Assembly (NCBI GenBank): GCA_964569655.1 | Contig: CAZMTN010000001.1 | Coordinates: 64,542 to 128,541, forward strand | Length of the DNA stretch: 64,000 bases | Source: an uncultured Candidatus Saccharibacteria bacterium | GTDB lineage: Bacteria > Patescibacteriota > Minisyncoccia > Phycocordibacterales > Phycocordibacteraceae | Direction: 5' to 3' | Shown: piece after piece, positions 18,960-27,904 of the stretch | How positions within the stretch are numbered: position 1 is the first letter of the stretch | Layout of the letters: the number at the start of each line of letters is the position of its first letter | The notes under the pieces: model-generated | The model's database searches: none | Told to the model about the DNA's origin: nothing | The model's input: only the letters and a program-made list of their open reading frames with translations | Program-made: the position numbers and the translations under genes

Positions 18960-19856
18960 ATGCCTTCTCTCTACCACGAACGTTCATCGAATCTCTGGAA
19001 GACGTGGTTCCTCATGGCCGCGTTCCTCATCCTCGTCATCCTCATCGGGTACGGGGTGTCGTGGTACTACGATACGTCCGTTTTCCTCTACGTCGCGGTG
19101 GCGATCGCCGTCTTCACGAATTTCTTCAGCTACTGGTTCTCGGACCGGGTGGCGCTCTCGCTCACGGGCGCCAAGCCCGCAACTCGTGCTGAGCACTTCG
19201 ACCTCTACACGGTGACGGAGAACCTCTCCATCGCGGCCGGCATGCCGATGCCGCGCATCTACGTGATCCAGGACCCCGCGCCGAACGCCTTCGCGACCGG
19301 GCGCAACGAGAAGCACGCGGTGGTAGCCGTAACCACCGGCCTCCTCTCCATGATGGATCGGGCGGAGCTCGAGGGCGTGATCGCGCACGAGCTCTCGCAT
19401 ATCCGTAACCGCGACATCCTCCTCATGACGGTCGCCGTGGTGCTCGCGGGCTTCATCGCCATCGTCGCGGATATCTTCCTCCATATGGCGCACATGGGCG
19501 GCGGCAAGGGGAACGAGAAGGGGAGCGCGCTCTTCATGGTGTTCGCGGTGGTGGGCTTCATCCTGGCGCCGATCGCAGCGCAGCTCATCCAGATGGCCAT
19601 CTCGCGCCGCCGCGAGTACCTCGCGGATGCGTCCGGCGCCTTGCTTACGCGCTATCCGGACGGCCTTGCGCGCGCGCTCGTGAAGATCGGCAGCTACGGC
19701 ATGCCGATGAAGAAGGCCAATCACGCGACCGCGCACCTTTTCATAGGAGACCCGTTCGGCGCGCGCGCGGGAAAGTGGGTGGAGCGCCTCTTCGCGACGC
19801 ACCCGCCGGTGAAGGACCGCGTGAGCGCGCTTATCGGCGGGAAGCAAGGGGCCTAG
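18960..19856 (+). CDS. htpX: M48 zinc metalloprotease HtpX
   Basis: HELSHI zinc motif, HtpX TM topology, 298 aa. Confidence 0.9.
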   Translation: MPSLYHERSSNLWKTWFLMAAFLILVILIGYGVSWYYDTSVFLYVAVAIAVFTNFFSYWFSDRVALSLTGAKPATRAEHFDLYTVTENLSIAAGMPMPRIYVIQDPAPNAFATGRNEKHAVVAVTTGLLSMMDRAELEGVIAHELSHIRNRDILLMTVAVVLAGFIAIVADIFLHMAHMGGGKGNEKGSALFMVFAVVGFILAPIAAQLIQMAISRRREYLADASGALLTRYPDGLARALVKIGSYGMPMKKANHATAHLFIGDPFGARAGKWVERLFATHPPVKDRVSALIGGKQGA

Positions 19857-19876
19857 CCATAAAGAAGCAAGGCCTG

Positions 19877-20206
19877 GTGATCCCTGATTGGATACATGCT
19901 GATCCCGATTTTCGCGTCGCGTGTGTCCGCGGACTTGTCGATACAGATGGCTGCCTTTACGTGCATAGACACAAGATCGGGGAGAAGGTGTATAAGAACA
20001 TAGGCTTCTGCTTCTCAAGCCGCTCCCCGCGACTCCTGGGCCAGGTATTCGAGATGTTTGAAGAATTTGGACTTTTCCCGCATATTGATAAGCGAGGACA
20101 GAATATCTATCTGTACCGGGCTGAATCAGTGGCACGGTATCTGGACATTTTCGGAACCTCGAATGACCGCATAGGGAAGGTATATAGAAACTGGAGAGGT
20201 GGCTGA
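19877..20206 (+). pseudogene. LAGLIDADG homing-endonuclease-like ORF fragment (single motif), low GC, running into tRNA-Ser
   Basis: GLVDTDGCLYV matches the LAGLIDADG consensus. The downstream helix pattern (IGFCFSSRSPRLLGQVFEMFEEFG) is typical of this fold. It is about 110 aa from a GTG at 19877, and its last 4 codons and stop lie inside tRNA-Ser. Local GC is about 50% against about 62% in the flanks. There is no in-frame ATG after the htpX stop. Confidence 0.45.
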
Positions 20207-20279
20207 GTGGTCGAAAGCACCACCTTGGAAAGGTGGCAGGCGGGAAACTGCCTCGAGGGTTCGAATCCCTCCCTCTCCG
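20193..20279 (+). tRNA. tRNA-Ser (anticodon GGA), type II with long variable arm
   Basis: GGAGAGG acceptor, anticodon loop TTGGAAA, variable arm CAGGCGGGAAACTGCCTC, T-arm GAGGGTTCGAATCCCTC, 3' acceptor CCTCTCC. CCA is not encoded. Confidence 0.9.
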
Positions 20280-20348
20280 CATTAGATTCATTGTACCCAC
20301 AGCCGAGGAATGGTAGGTTCTCGGTAGTCTGAACCTTAGGAGGCAGCC

Positions 20349-20843
20349 ATGATGGACGTGCATTTGTCTGCACGCCCACGCGTGCAGATTCCCTCAACGA
20401 TAACGTCGATAGCGCAGAAAGCCGTGGAGGCCGGATGCGATGTCGCTCCGGTTCCCAGGTACAGGAAGAAAGGGAGGCTGACGGCTATGAAGACGAGGCA
20501 ACTGCTCGTGAACGGGCATGCGTGCGCCGTCTTCACCGTCAAGTCGAAGCGAAGGACGAACGGCAGCGTCCGTCTGACGACCGGATTCAGCACTAAGCCG
20601 AGCGTACTCCAATCATTCGAAACGCTCATCGTGCATACGAAGGTCGAAGGATATCCGGAGCACGTGTTCGTCGTCCCGACGACAGTGCTGTGCTCGAAGC
20701 ACTTCAGGCCGGGTATGGGCGAGATTTCGTTCCGCCTCCCCCTCGAGAAGCTGCCCGAATACCATGGTGTTAAACAGCGCATCGATTGGTGGAGCTATGA
20801 GGATGCGTGGCATCTCCTGTCCAAGGCGCCCGTCTCGCAATGA
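20349..20843 (+). CDS. hypothetical protein (164 aa)
   Basis: Strong SD (AGGAGG) 6 nt before the ATG. Its own terminator overlaps the stop. No recognisable domain. Confidence 0.55.
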   Translation: MMDVHLSARPRVQIPSTITSIAQKAVEAGCDVAPVPRYRKKGRLTAMKTRQLLVNGHACAVFTVKSKRRTNGSVRLTTGFSTKPSVLQSFETLIVHTKVEGYPEHVFVVPTTVLCSKHFRPGMGEISFRLPLEKLPEYHGVKQRIDWWSYEDAWHLLSKAPVSQ

Positions 20844-20862
20844 GACGGGCGTTCCTCTTTGC
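20827..20862 (+). terminator. rho-independent terminator
   Basis: CGCCCGTCTC-GCAAT-GAGACGGGCG is a perfect 10-bp stem containing the TGA stop, followed by TTCCTCTTTGC. Confidence 0.6.
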
Positions 20863-20895
20863 TACAATGCCCGCATTACCCTCTAGATTTTCCGT

Positions 20896-21339
20896 ATGCA
20901 GAAAGTAAGCACGTACCTCAATTTCCCAGGAAAGACCGAAGAAGCTTTCAATTTCTATAGATCAGTGTTCGGCGGGGAATTCGTCGGCGGCATCAACCGA
21001 TTCGGGGATATCCCGGCTGAGGCGCAGCAGGGCATGCCGCCGATGACGGAAGCGGACAAGAACCTCGTCATGCACATCCAGCTCGACATCCTCGATGGCC
21101 ACGCGCTCATGGGCACGGATGCATCCGAGTCGATGGGGCAGAAGATTGTGGTGGGCAACAACGTGAGTGTGAGCCTCCACCCGGATACTCGCGAGGAAGC
21201 AGACCGCCTCTTCAAGGCGCTCTCCGAGGGAGGGAAGATAGAGATGCCGATGCAGGATATGTTCTGGGGCGACTACTTCGGCGCCTTCTCCGACAAGTTC
21301 GGCATCAACTGGATGGTGAATTGCACCGCGAAAGCATAA
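20896..21339 (+). CDS. VOC-family protein (PhnB-like glyoxalase/bleomycin-resistance fold)
   Basis: MQKVSTYLNFPGKTEEAFNFYRSVFGGEF and 147-aa length fit the PhnB/3-demethylubiquinone-9 3-methyltransferase-domain family. Confidence 0.75.
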   Translation: MQKVSTYLNFPGKTEEAFNFYRSVFGGEFVGGINRFGDIPAEAQQGMPPMTEADKNLVMHIQLDILDGHALMGTDASESMGQKIVVGNNVSVSLHPDTREEADRLFKALSEGGKIEMPMQDMFWGDYFGAFSDKFGINWMVNCTAKA

Positions 21340-23918
21340 TGATCGAGACCCGCGCATCAGAGAGCCGGTTCTGGAGCCTCACTCCTGCGGAGACGGCGAA
21401 GATGCTCGGGACGGACACCGAATCCGGCCTGTCAGAGGCCGAGGCTAAGGATCGGCTGGACGCGCACGGCAGGAACGCCATCCGCACTTCGAAGAGGACG
21501 GCATGGTTTTTCATACTCCTCAGTCAGCTCAAGAGCCCGCTCATCCTCGTGCTCATCCTGGCGGGCATCATCACGCTGATTATCTCCCATTACCGCGACG
21601 CGGCTTTCATCTTCATCGCCGTCATCGTGAATTCCGCGCTCGGCTTCTATCAGGAGAACAAGGCTGAGCAGGCGCTCGCGCAGCTCAAGACCTACTTGCG
21701 CCAGCGGGCCCGGGTCATCCGCGGCGGCAGGGAGCATGAGGTAGACGCGGAGGAACTGGTGCCGGGCGACGTCATCCGGCTCGCGCAGGGCGATCGCGTG
21801 CCGGCGGACGGCCGCCTCATCTTCGCGAACGATTTCCAGGTGGACGAGGCCATCCTCACCGGCGAATCCCTCCCGGTCATAAAGGCGGAAGCCAGCGTGC
21901 CGGAAGCCGCTCCGCTCACTGACCAAGCGCCTATGGTCTTCGCGGGCACGCTGGTCACGCAGGGAGTATGCGCCGCTATCGTATGCCGCACCGGCTCCGT
22001 GACCGAGCTCGGCAAGATCGCATCGCTCATCGCCGATGCGGAGAACGAGGAGACGCCGCTCCAAGCGGCCATAACGCGATTCAGCATCTACTCGAGCCTC
22101 GCCCTCACGGGCCTGACGCTCGTCGTATTCTTCGTCGGCCTCCTCGCCGGTCAATCAGTCCTCGATATGTTCCTCACCTCCGTCGCGATCGCCGTGTCGG
22201 CTATCCCGGAGGGACTGCCGATCTCCATGACGGTGATCCTCGCGGTCGGGGTAGAGCGCATGGCCAAGCGCAAGGGCGTGGTGCGGAAGCTGGTCGCGGC
22301 CGAGGCGCTCGGCAGCACCACCCTCATCCTCACGGATAAGACCGGAACGCTCACGATGGCGGACATGGTGCTGTCGCAGATAGTTCCGTTCGGCCTCACC
22401 GATACCCGGCTCATCGAGCGAGCGCTCACGAACGCGAACGTGCTCGTCGAGAATCCGGAGGATCATCCGCAGGCGTGGCGCATGAACGGCAGGATCATGG
22501 AGCGGGCGCTGGTGCGCGCTTCGGCGCTCCGGGGCATGTCGTACGCGGACATCATGAAGAAGGAGCACGTGCTCGAAGGCGCGCCCTTCAACGCGGTGCA
22601 GAAGTTCTCTGCCTCCCGCATTCTCGAGGAGGGGAAGCAGCTGCTCGTCGTATTCGGCGCTCCGGACATCCTGCTCTCGCATTCGGCGCTCGACCCTGAA
22701 GAGAAGCGGCGGCTCAGGGACCAGATAGCAGCGCTCGCGTCTTCCGGCGAGCGCGTGCTCGGCGTCGCATCGAAGGAGATTCAGGACAGCGCCATCAGCG
22801 CGCACCTGCCGCTCTCCGGCCTGTCCTTCGACGGGCTCATCACGTTCCATGACCCGATCCGCCCCGGTATCAGGCATGCGATCGGGCGCGTTGCCGGTGC
22901 CGGCATCAGGACGGTGATCATGACGGGCGACCATCAGGGGACTGCGGTCGCGGTCGCGAGGGAGCTCGGCCTTCCGTCCGAGGGACGCGCGGTCCTCGAC
23001 GCAGCAGAGCTCGCTGAGCTTTCCGAAGAGGAACTCAAGGCACGCCTCTCCGGGCTCTCCGTCATCTCCCGCGTGACGCCGTTCGACAAGCTCCGCATCG
23101 CCCGGCTCTATCAGGCTGCAGGCGAGATCGTCGCCATGACAGGCGACGGCGTGAACGACGCGCCGTCCATCAAGCAGGCGAACGTCGGCATCGCGATGGG
23201 TTCGGGCACGGAGGTCGCGCAGAGCGTCGCCGACCTCGTGCTCCTCGACGACAATTTCGAGACCATCGTCGCGGCAGTGGAGGAGGGAAGGCAGATCCTC
23301 GCCAATATACGGAAGGTGCTCGTATACCTCCTCTCGAATGTCGCCGACGGCCTCATCCTCATCGGCGGGTCCCTGCTTCTCGGGCTCCCGCTCCCGATGA
23401 ACGCGCTCCAGATTCTGTGGGTCAATTTCTTTACGGACAGCTTCCCGGCAGTCGCGTTCGCGTTCGAGAAGGATCCGGACAGCCTCTCGCGCCGCCCGAG
23501 GCGGCTTAAGGACGGCCTGTTCGACCCGCTCATGAAATTCCTCATCGTCGTCATCGGCCTCTCGACGAGCGCATGCCTCTTCGTGCTCTATGCGACCCTG
23601 CTCAAGCTCGGATTCGACGAGGCGACGGTGCGCACGTTCACGTTCGCCGCGTTCGGTACCTATACGCTTCTCGTGGCGCTATCCGTGCGCAGCCTCGAAC
23701 GCAGTATCCTCTCGTATCCGCTGTTCTCTAACCGATACCTCACGGGCGGTATCCTCATCGGCTTCGTGCTCATGGTCGCGGCCGTATACCTGCCGCCGCT
23801 CCAGGCGCTCTTCGGGACGGTGCCGCTGCCGCTCGCCTGGGTCCTCGGCGTGCTCCTTGTCGGCGCGCTCAACATCCTCTTCATCGAGCTCGGCAAGGCG
23901 TTCTTCAGGTCGCGCTAG
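21339..23918 (+). CDS. cation-transporting P-type ATPase (type II, Ca2+/Mg2+-like)
   Basis: DKTGTLT phosphorylation motif, TGDGVNDAPS hinge, 10 TM layout. ATG at 21339 overlaps the upstream stop (TAATG). An alternative TTG start is at 21321. Confidence 0.9.
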   Translation: MIETRASESRFWSLTPAETAKMLGTDTESGLSEAEAKDRLDAHGRNAIRTSKRTAWFFILLSQLKSPLILVLILAGIITLIISHYRDAAFIFIAVIVNSALGFYQENKAEQALAQLKTYLRQRARVIRGGREHEVDAEELVPGDVIRLAQGDRVPADGRLIFANDFQVDEAILTGESLPVIKAEASVPEAAPLTDQAPMVFAGTLVTQGVCAAIVCRTGSVTELGKIASLIADAENEETPLQAAITRFSIYSSLALTGLTLVVFFVGLLAGQSVLDMFLTSVAIAVSAIPEGLPISMTVILAVGVERMAKRKGVVRKLVAAEALGSTTLILTDKTGTLTMADMVLSQIVPFGLTDTRLIERALTNANVLVENPEDHPQAWRMNGRIMERALVRASALRGMSYADIMKKEHVLEGAPFNAVQKFSASRILEEGKQLLVVFGAPDILLSHSALDPEEKRRLRDQIAALASSGERVLGVASKEIQDSAISAHLPLSGLSFDGLITFHDPIRPGIRHAIGRVAGAGIRTVIMTGDHQGTAVAVARELGLPSEGRAVLDAAELAELSEEELKARLSGLSVISRVTPFDKLRIARLYQAAGEIVAMTGDGVNDAPSIKQANVGIAMGSGTEVAQSVADLVLLDDNFETIVAAVEEGRQILANIRKVLVYLLSNVADGLILIGGSLLLGLPLPMNALQILWVNFFTDSFPAVAFAFEKDPDSLSRRPRRLKDGLFDPLMKFLIVVIGLSTSACLFVLYATLLKLGFDEATVRTFTFAAFGTYTLLVALSVRSLERSILSYPLFSNRYLTGGILIGFVLMVAAVYLPPLQALFGTVPLPLAWVLGVLLVGALNILFIELGKAFFRSR

Positions 23919-23924
23919 TCCCGT

Positions 23925-24281
23925 ATGGAATTCAGCGGCACGGTCGGGAAGGGAAACGGCGCAGGGACGAAGCTCGGTTTCCCGACGGCGAACATCCCGT
24001 TGGACGATCCTGGATGCTCAGGGATCTATGCGGGCGTGGTGGAGTTCGAAGGGAAGTCGCACCCGGCAGCGATCTATGCCGATCAGCGGCGGAATCTGCT
24101 CGAGGCTCATCTTTTGGATTTCTCGAATGACTTGTACGGCAAGCGGATAACCGTGACGCTGCATGAAAAGCTCCGCGAGGATACGACGTTCAGCGACATC
24201 GAATCCTTGATCCGTCAAATCAGCGAGGATGTGCTTAGCGCGCGTTCATTTTTCGCGCGGAAGGCACCTGTGGATAACTAG
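23925..24281 (+). CDS. monofunctional riboflavin kinase
   Basis: GxGxG...LGFPTAN motif (GTVGKGNGAGTKLGFPTANI). 118 aa, matching the RibF C-terminal kinase domain only. Confidence 0.75.
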   Translation: MEFSGTVGKGNGAGTKLGFPTANIPLDDPGCSGIYAGVVEFEGKSHPAAIYADQRRNLLEAHLLDFSNDLYGKRITVTLHEKLREDTTFSDIESLIRQISEDVLSARSFFARKAPVDN

Positions 24282-24458
24282 GGAAGCGGATTCTTTTCCA
24301 GACGAGATTTCGCGACACGGCGGCAGGTGCTCCAGTGCTCCGGGATCGGCCCTCAGCCCCCCTCGTGTGCTCCCGATGAAGCCCTCGGCGGCTTACCGCC
24401 GTGAGACGGATGCATCCGCGCACCAGCTACGGACCCTCAGCATGCATTGTGCGGTAAA

Positions 24459-24935
24459 ATGGGGCGGTCGCACTTCCCTATTTCCATGGCGCTCAAACCT
24501 GTCCTTTATGCATCGGTCGCAATTTTCCTCCTCGGGGGCGCCTGTCTTTTAGTCCTCTATAAAGGACAGCCGACTTCCCTGCCTCCGGAGGTCTTCGAAG
24601 TCCCAGTCCTCGAGCTTGCAGACACGCCTGAGGAGCGTGAACAGGGATTATCAGGCAGGACCAGTCTCGAGCCGGGGTACGGCATGCTGTTCGTATTCGA
24701 GGACGAGGACGCGTACGGCTTCTGGATGAAGGATATGCATATCCCGATCGATATCCTCTGGCTATCAGACACTGGCGTGATCCTGGGCATCGAGCATTCG
24801 GTGTCGCCGGATACGTACCCCGCTGTCTTTTACCCTCCTCAGCCGGTCATGCTTGTCCTTGAAGTCGCCGCGGGAACCGCGCGTGCGAACGGATGGGACA
24901 CGGGCGACGCGATCAGGATTCCCTTGCAGAATTGA
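24459..24935 (+). CDS. DUF192 (COG1430) domain protein with N-terminal membrane anchor
   Basis: DUF192-like core (GLSGRTSLEPGYGMLFVFEDEDAYGFWMKDMHIPIDILWL). An alternative start at 24486 (MALKPVLYASVAIFLL). Confidence 0.65.
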   Translation: MGRSHFPISMALKPVLYASVAIFLLGGACLLVLYKGQPTSLPPEVFEVPVLELADTPEEREQGLSGRTSLEPGYGMLFVFEDEDAYGFWMKDMHIPIDILWLSDTGVILGIEHSVSPDTYPAVFYPPQPVMLVLEVAAGTARANGWDTGDAIRIPLQN

Positions 24936-25041
24936 GCGAACGTTTCGTCGTGCGCTATCCCCAAGACACCTGCGACGAACGGGAGTAAAATGAATCTCCA
25001 ATTGAGGTCACTTCGCCTTCTTATTAATAGCCTTCCTTGCC

Positions 25042-27423
25042 ATGTCAAAAGCCGCTAAATCGTCGACCGTCACCAAGAAGAAAGCTGTAGCCGTTGTCGT
25101 ACCTGAGGTCGTGAAGATCGAATCGAAGGAGACGAAGCGCTACCGCGAGAACATCCCGCAGATCGAGAAGCGCGACGGGCGGCTCGTCGCGTTCGAGTTC
25201 GAGAAGATCGTGAACGTGATCCACAAGGCGATGCAGGCAGGCAACGAAGGCAGCTATGAGGACGCGACGCTCGTCGCGCACCAGGTGGCTGGCGAGCTCG
25301 CGCGCTTCGCGAAGAAGTACAAGAATTTCCTCCCCACCGTCGAAGGCATCCAGGACTCGGTCGAGAAGCAGCTCATGCTGAACGACTACGTCTCCACGGC
25401 CAAGTCCTACATCCTCTATCGAGACAAGCGCGCGCAGATGCGCAGCGAAGAAGTGGAAGTGCCGGCGCACGTCCGCGATCTCGCGGAGAAGAGCGCGCGC
25501 TATTTCAAAGACAACCAGCTCGGCGAATTCGTCTACCTCCGCACGTACTCCCGCTGGATCCCGCTCGAGGGACGGCGCGAGACCTATGTCGAGACCGTAG
25601 AACGCTACGTCGCGTTCATGAAGGAGAACCTCGGCAACAAGCTCACGGAAAAGGAATACAACGAGGTGCGCGACGCCATCCTGAAGCAGCAGGCCATGCC
25701 AAGCATGCGCCTCCTCCAGTTCTCCGGCGACGCTGCGCGCCGCTGCAACGTCTGCGCCTATAACTGCTCGTTCATCGCGCCGACCAAGGTCCGCGATTTC
25801 GCGGAGATCATGTACATCTCCATGTCCGGCACCGGCGTCGGATTCTCGGCTGAGAGCCGGTTCGTCGAGCAGCTCCCGCAGATCGGCAATCAGACCGGCA
25901 AGAAGCGTCCTACCTTCGTGGTGCCTGACTCCACCATCGGCTGGTGCGACTCTCTCGTCGCCGGCATGGAGGCGTGGTACGCAGGCGAGGACATCGACTT
26001 CGATTTCTCCCAGGTCCGCCCCGCGGGAACCCGCCTCACGACCAAAGGCGGCAAGGCCTCGGGCCCGGAGCCGCTCCAGAACCTGCTCGCCTTCACCCGC
26101 AGCAAGATCCTCTCGCGCCAGAACCGCCGCCTCCGCACCATCGACGTGCACGACATCATCTGCAAGATCGGCGAGAACGTGGTCTCCGGCGGCGTCCGCC
26201 GCTCGGCGCTCATCTCGCTCTCTGATCTCGACGATAACGATATCCGCCATGCGAAGGACGGCCAGTTCTACCTGACCGAAGGCCAGCGCTCGCTCGCGAA
26301 CAATTCCGCGGTGTACGAGCAGAAGCCGACCGTCGAGGAATTCATGGACGAGTGGTTTGCGCTCGTGAAGGGCAAGACCGGTGAGCGCGGCCTCTTCAAC
26401 CGCGGCGGCCTCGCTACCGCGCTCCCGGAGCGCCGCGTGAAGCTCTTCGAGAAGAAGGGCTACATCGTGAACGGCCGCGTCATGGGCCCGATCGGCACCA
26501 ACCCGTGCGGCGAGATCATCCTGCAGAGCAAGCAGTTCTGCAACCTCACTGAAGTCGTCTGTCGCGCGGAAGACACCGTCGAGACGCTGAAGCACAAGGT
26601 CCGCATGGCGAGCCTCATCGGCACGTACCAGGCGTCCCTCACGAACTTCAGGTACCTCTCTCCGGAGTGGAAGCAGAACTGCGAGGAGGAAGCCCTCCTC
26701 GGCGTATCGATCACGGGCCAGTGGGACTGTCCGGTCGTCCGCGACGAGAAGACGCTCCGCATCCTCCGCGACGAAGCGCTGAAGACCAATAAGAAGTTCG
26801 CGAAGCGCTTCGGCATCAAGGAGTCGACCTGCATCGAGACCGCGAAGCCGTCCGGCAACCTGTCCCAGACCGCGAACTGCTCGAGCGGCATGCACCCGCG
26901 CTTCGCGCCGTACTACATCCGCCGCGTGCGCATCAGCGCGACCGACTCGCTCTTCAAGATGCTCCGCGACCAGGGCGTGCCGCACCATCCTGAGGTGGGT
27001 CAGAACGCCGAGAACGCGACCACGTACGTGATCGATTTCCCGGTGAAGGCTCCGGAAGGCTCGACGGTGTTCTCTAATTCGCTCTCGGCGCTCGAGCAGC
27101 TCGAGCACTGGAAGAAGGTGAAGCTCAACTGGACCGAGCACAACCCGTCGCAGACCGTCTACGTGGGCCCGACCGAATGGCTCGAGGTCGCGAACTGGCT
27201 CTACTCGAACTGGGATATCGTCGGCGGCCTCTCGTTCCTCCCGCGCGAGGACCACGTCTACCGTCTTGCGCCGTACGAAGCCATTACGAAGGAACGCTAC
27301 GAGGCTCTCGTGAAGGCGTTCCCGCAGGTGGACTTCGGAAAGCTCTACGCGTACGAGCGCCGGGACGAGACCGACCTCAAGGCGCAGCTCGCATGCGCGG
27401 GCAATACCTGCGAGATCATCTAG
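25042..27423 (+). CDS. nrdJ: ribonucleotide reductase, class II (adenosylcobalamin-dependent) with N-terminal ATP-cone
   Basis: ATP-cone (KRDGRLVAFEFEKIVNVIHKA), active-site NPCGEI, C-terminal Cys pair (CAGNTCEII), 793 aa. The antisense ORF 25045..27255 is an artefact. Confidence 0.8.
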   Translation: MSKAAKSSTVTKKKAVAVVVPEVVKIESKETKRYRENIPQIEKRDGRLVAFEFEKIVNVIHKAMQAGNEGSYEDATLVAHQVAGELARFAKKYKNFLPTVEGIQDSVEKQLMLNDYVSTAKSYILYRDKRAQMRSEEVEVPAHVRDLAEKSARYFKDNQLGEFVYLRTYSRWIPLEGRRETYVETVERYVAFMKENLGNKLTEKEYNEVRDAILKQQAMPSMRLLQFSGDAARRCNVCAYNCSFIAPTKVRDFAEIMYISMSGTGVGFSAESRFVEQLPQIGNQTGKKRPTFVVPDSTIGWCDSLVAGMEAWYAGEDIDFDFSQVRPAGTRLTTKGGKASGPEPLQNLLAFTRSKILSRQNRRLRTIDVHDIICKIGENVVSGGVRRSALISLSDLDDNDIRHAKDGQFYLTEGQRSLANNSAVYEQKPTVEEFMDEWFALVKGKTGERGLFNRGGLATALPERRVKLFEKKGYIVNGRVMGPIGTNPCGEIILQSKQFCNLTEVVCRAEDTVETLKHKVRMASLIGTYQASLTNFRYLSPEWKQNCEEEALLGVSITGQWDCPVVRDEKTLRILRDEALKTNKKFAKRFGIKESTCIETAKPSGNLSQTANCSSGMHPRFAPYYIRRVRISATDSLFKMLRDQGVPHHPEVGQNAENATTYVIDFPVKAPEGSTVFSNSLSALEQLEHWKKVKLNWTEHNPSQTVYVGPTEWLEVANWLYSNWDIVGGLSFLPREDHVYRLAPYEAITKERYEALVKAFPQVDFGKLYAYERRDETDLKAQLACAGNTCEII

Positions 27424-27443
27424 GTTTTTATAGAAAAGAAATC

Positions 27444-27469
27444 AAAAACCCGCCTCTCAGCGGGTTTTT
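27444..27469. terminator. bidirectional rho-independent terminator
   Basis: AAAAACCCGC-CTCTCA-GCGGGTTTTT. It terminates nrdJ on the plus strand and rnpB on the minus strand. Confidence 0.7.
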
Positions 27470-27470
27470 G

Positions 27471-27810
27471 ACGTATTGCGGACCGGATCATAAGCCGAAT
27501 TCTGTCCTGCCTTGCGGCATGGACGGCTATCTATCTGGGGTGAACATTGCTGATCACCTCGAGCGGCGCTCCGACACTAAGATCGGCACGGCCTTGCACA
27601 GCGGTAAGGATTTAGCCGTTTCACCTCTCCGGTCGTCCGGAGAATTCATCTCAGAGAGATGTCCTCGGCTTTCGCGTCGGACGTCACTGCTCGCACCTCG
27701 CGCCTTGCGGCGGACGGGCGTTACCCGCTACCAGACTCCTGTTTCCAGGCTGTGTTCGGACTTTCCTCTGGGTTTCCCCAGCAGCCGTCACGTCCGGTCC
27801 GGGACGCATG
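27471..27810 (-). ncRNA. rnpB: RNase P RNA (bacterial type A-like)
   Basis: The minus strand carries AGGAAAGUCCGAACACAGCC (CR-I/P4 5' strand, rc of about 27741-27760). It also carries AGAGGUGAAACGG (CR-II, rc near 27620-27632). GCAAGGCC (CR-III) and ACAGAAUUCGGCUUAU (CR-IV/V, rc of 27490-27505) are present in the canonical order. Spacing between CR-I and CR-IV is about 250 nt. The P1 candidate is CGGACCGGA with UCCGGUCCG. The 5' end is uncertain and could reach about 27845. Confidence 0.8.
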
Positions 27811-27904
27811 ATGACACGAAAATGCTCTCAACACAATACGGCTTCCGGATAGGAAGAGGAGCGAGCTATACTTGAGGCATTACCATCTGTTTCATTCACG
27901 CACT

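Noticed and set aside
19775-19876. N-terminal part of ORF 19775..20206 overlapping the htpX 3' end
   Set aside because: It is out of frame with htpX and of low-complexity composition. LAGLIDADG similarity begins only after the htpX stop.
24936-25041. NrdR box or cobalamin riboswitch upstream of the class II RNR gene
   Set aside because: No NrdR palindromes or B12-box (rAGYCMGgAgaCCkGCc-like) are recognisable. There is only an imperfect 9-bp hairpin (CGTTTCGTCG with CGACGAACG).
27177-27875. 232-aa plus-strand ORF spanning the nrdJ 3' end and the nrdJ to Wzy gap
   Set aside because: The region carries RNase P RNA on the opposite strand with canonical conserved motifs and a terminator. The ORF is out of frame with nrdJ and Ser/Arg/Thr-rich.
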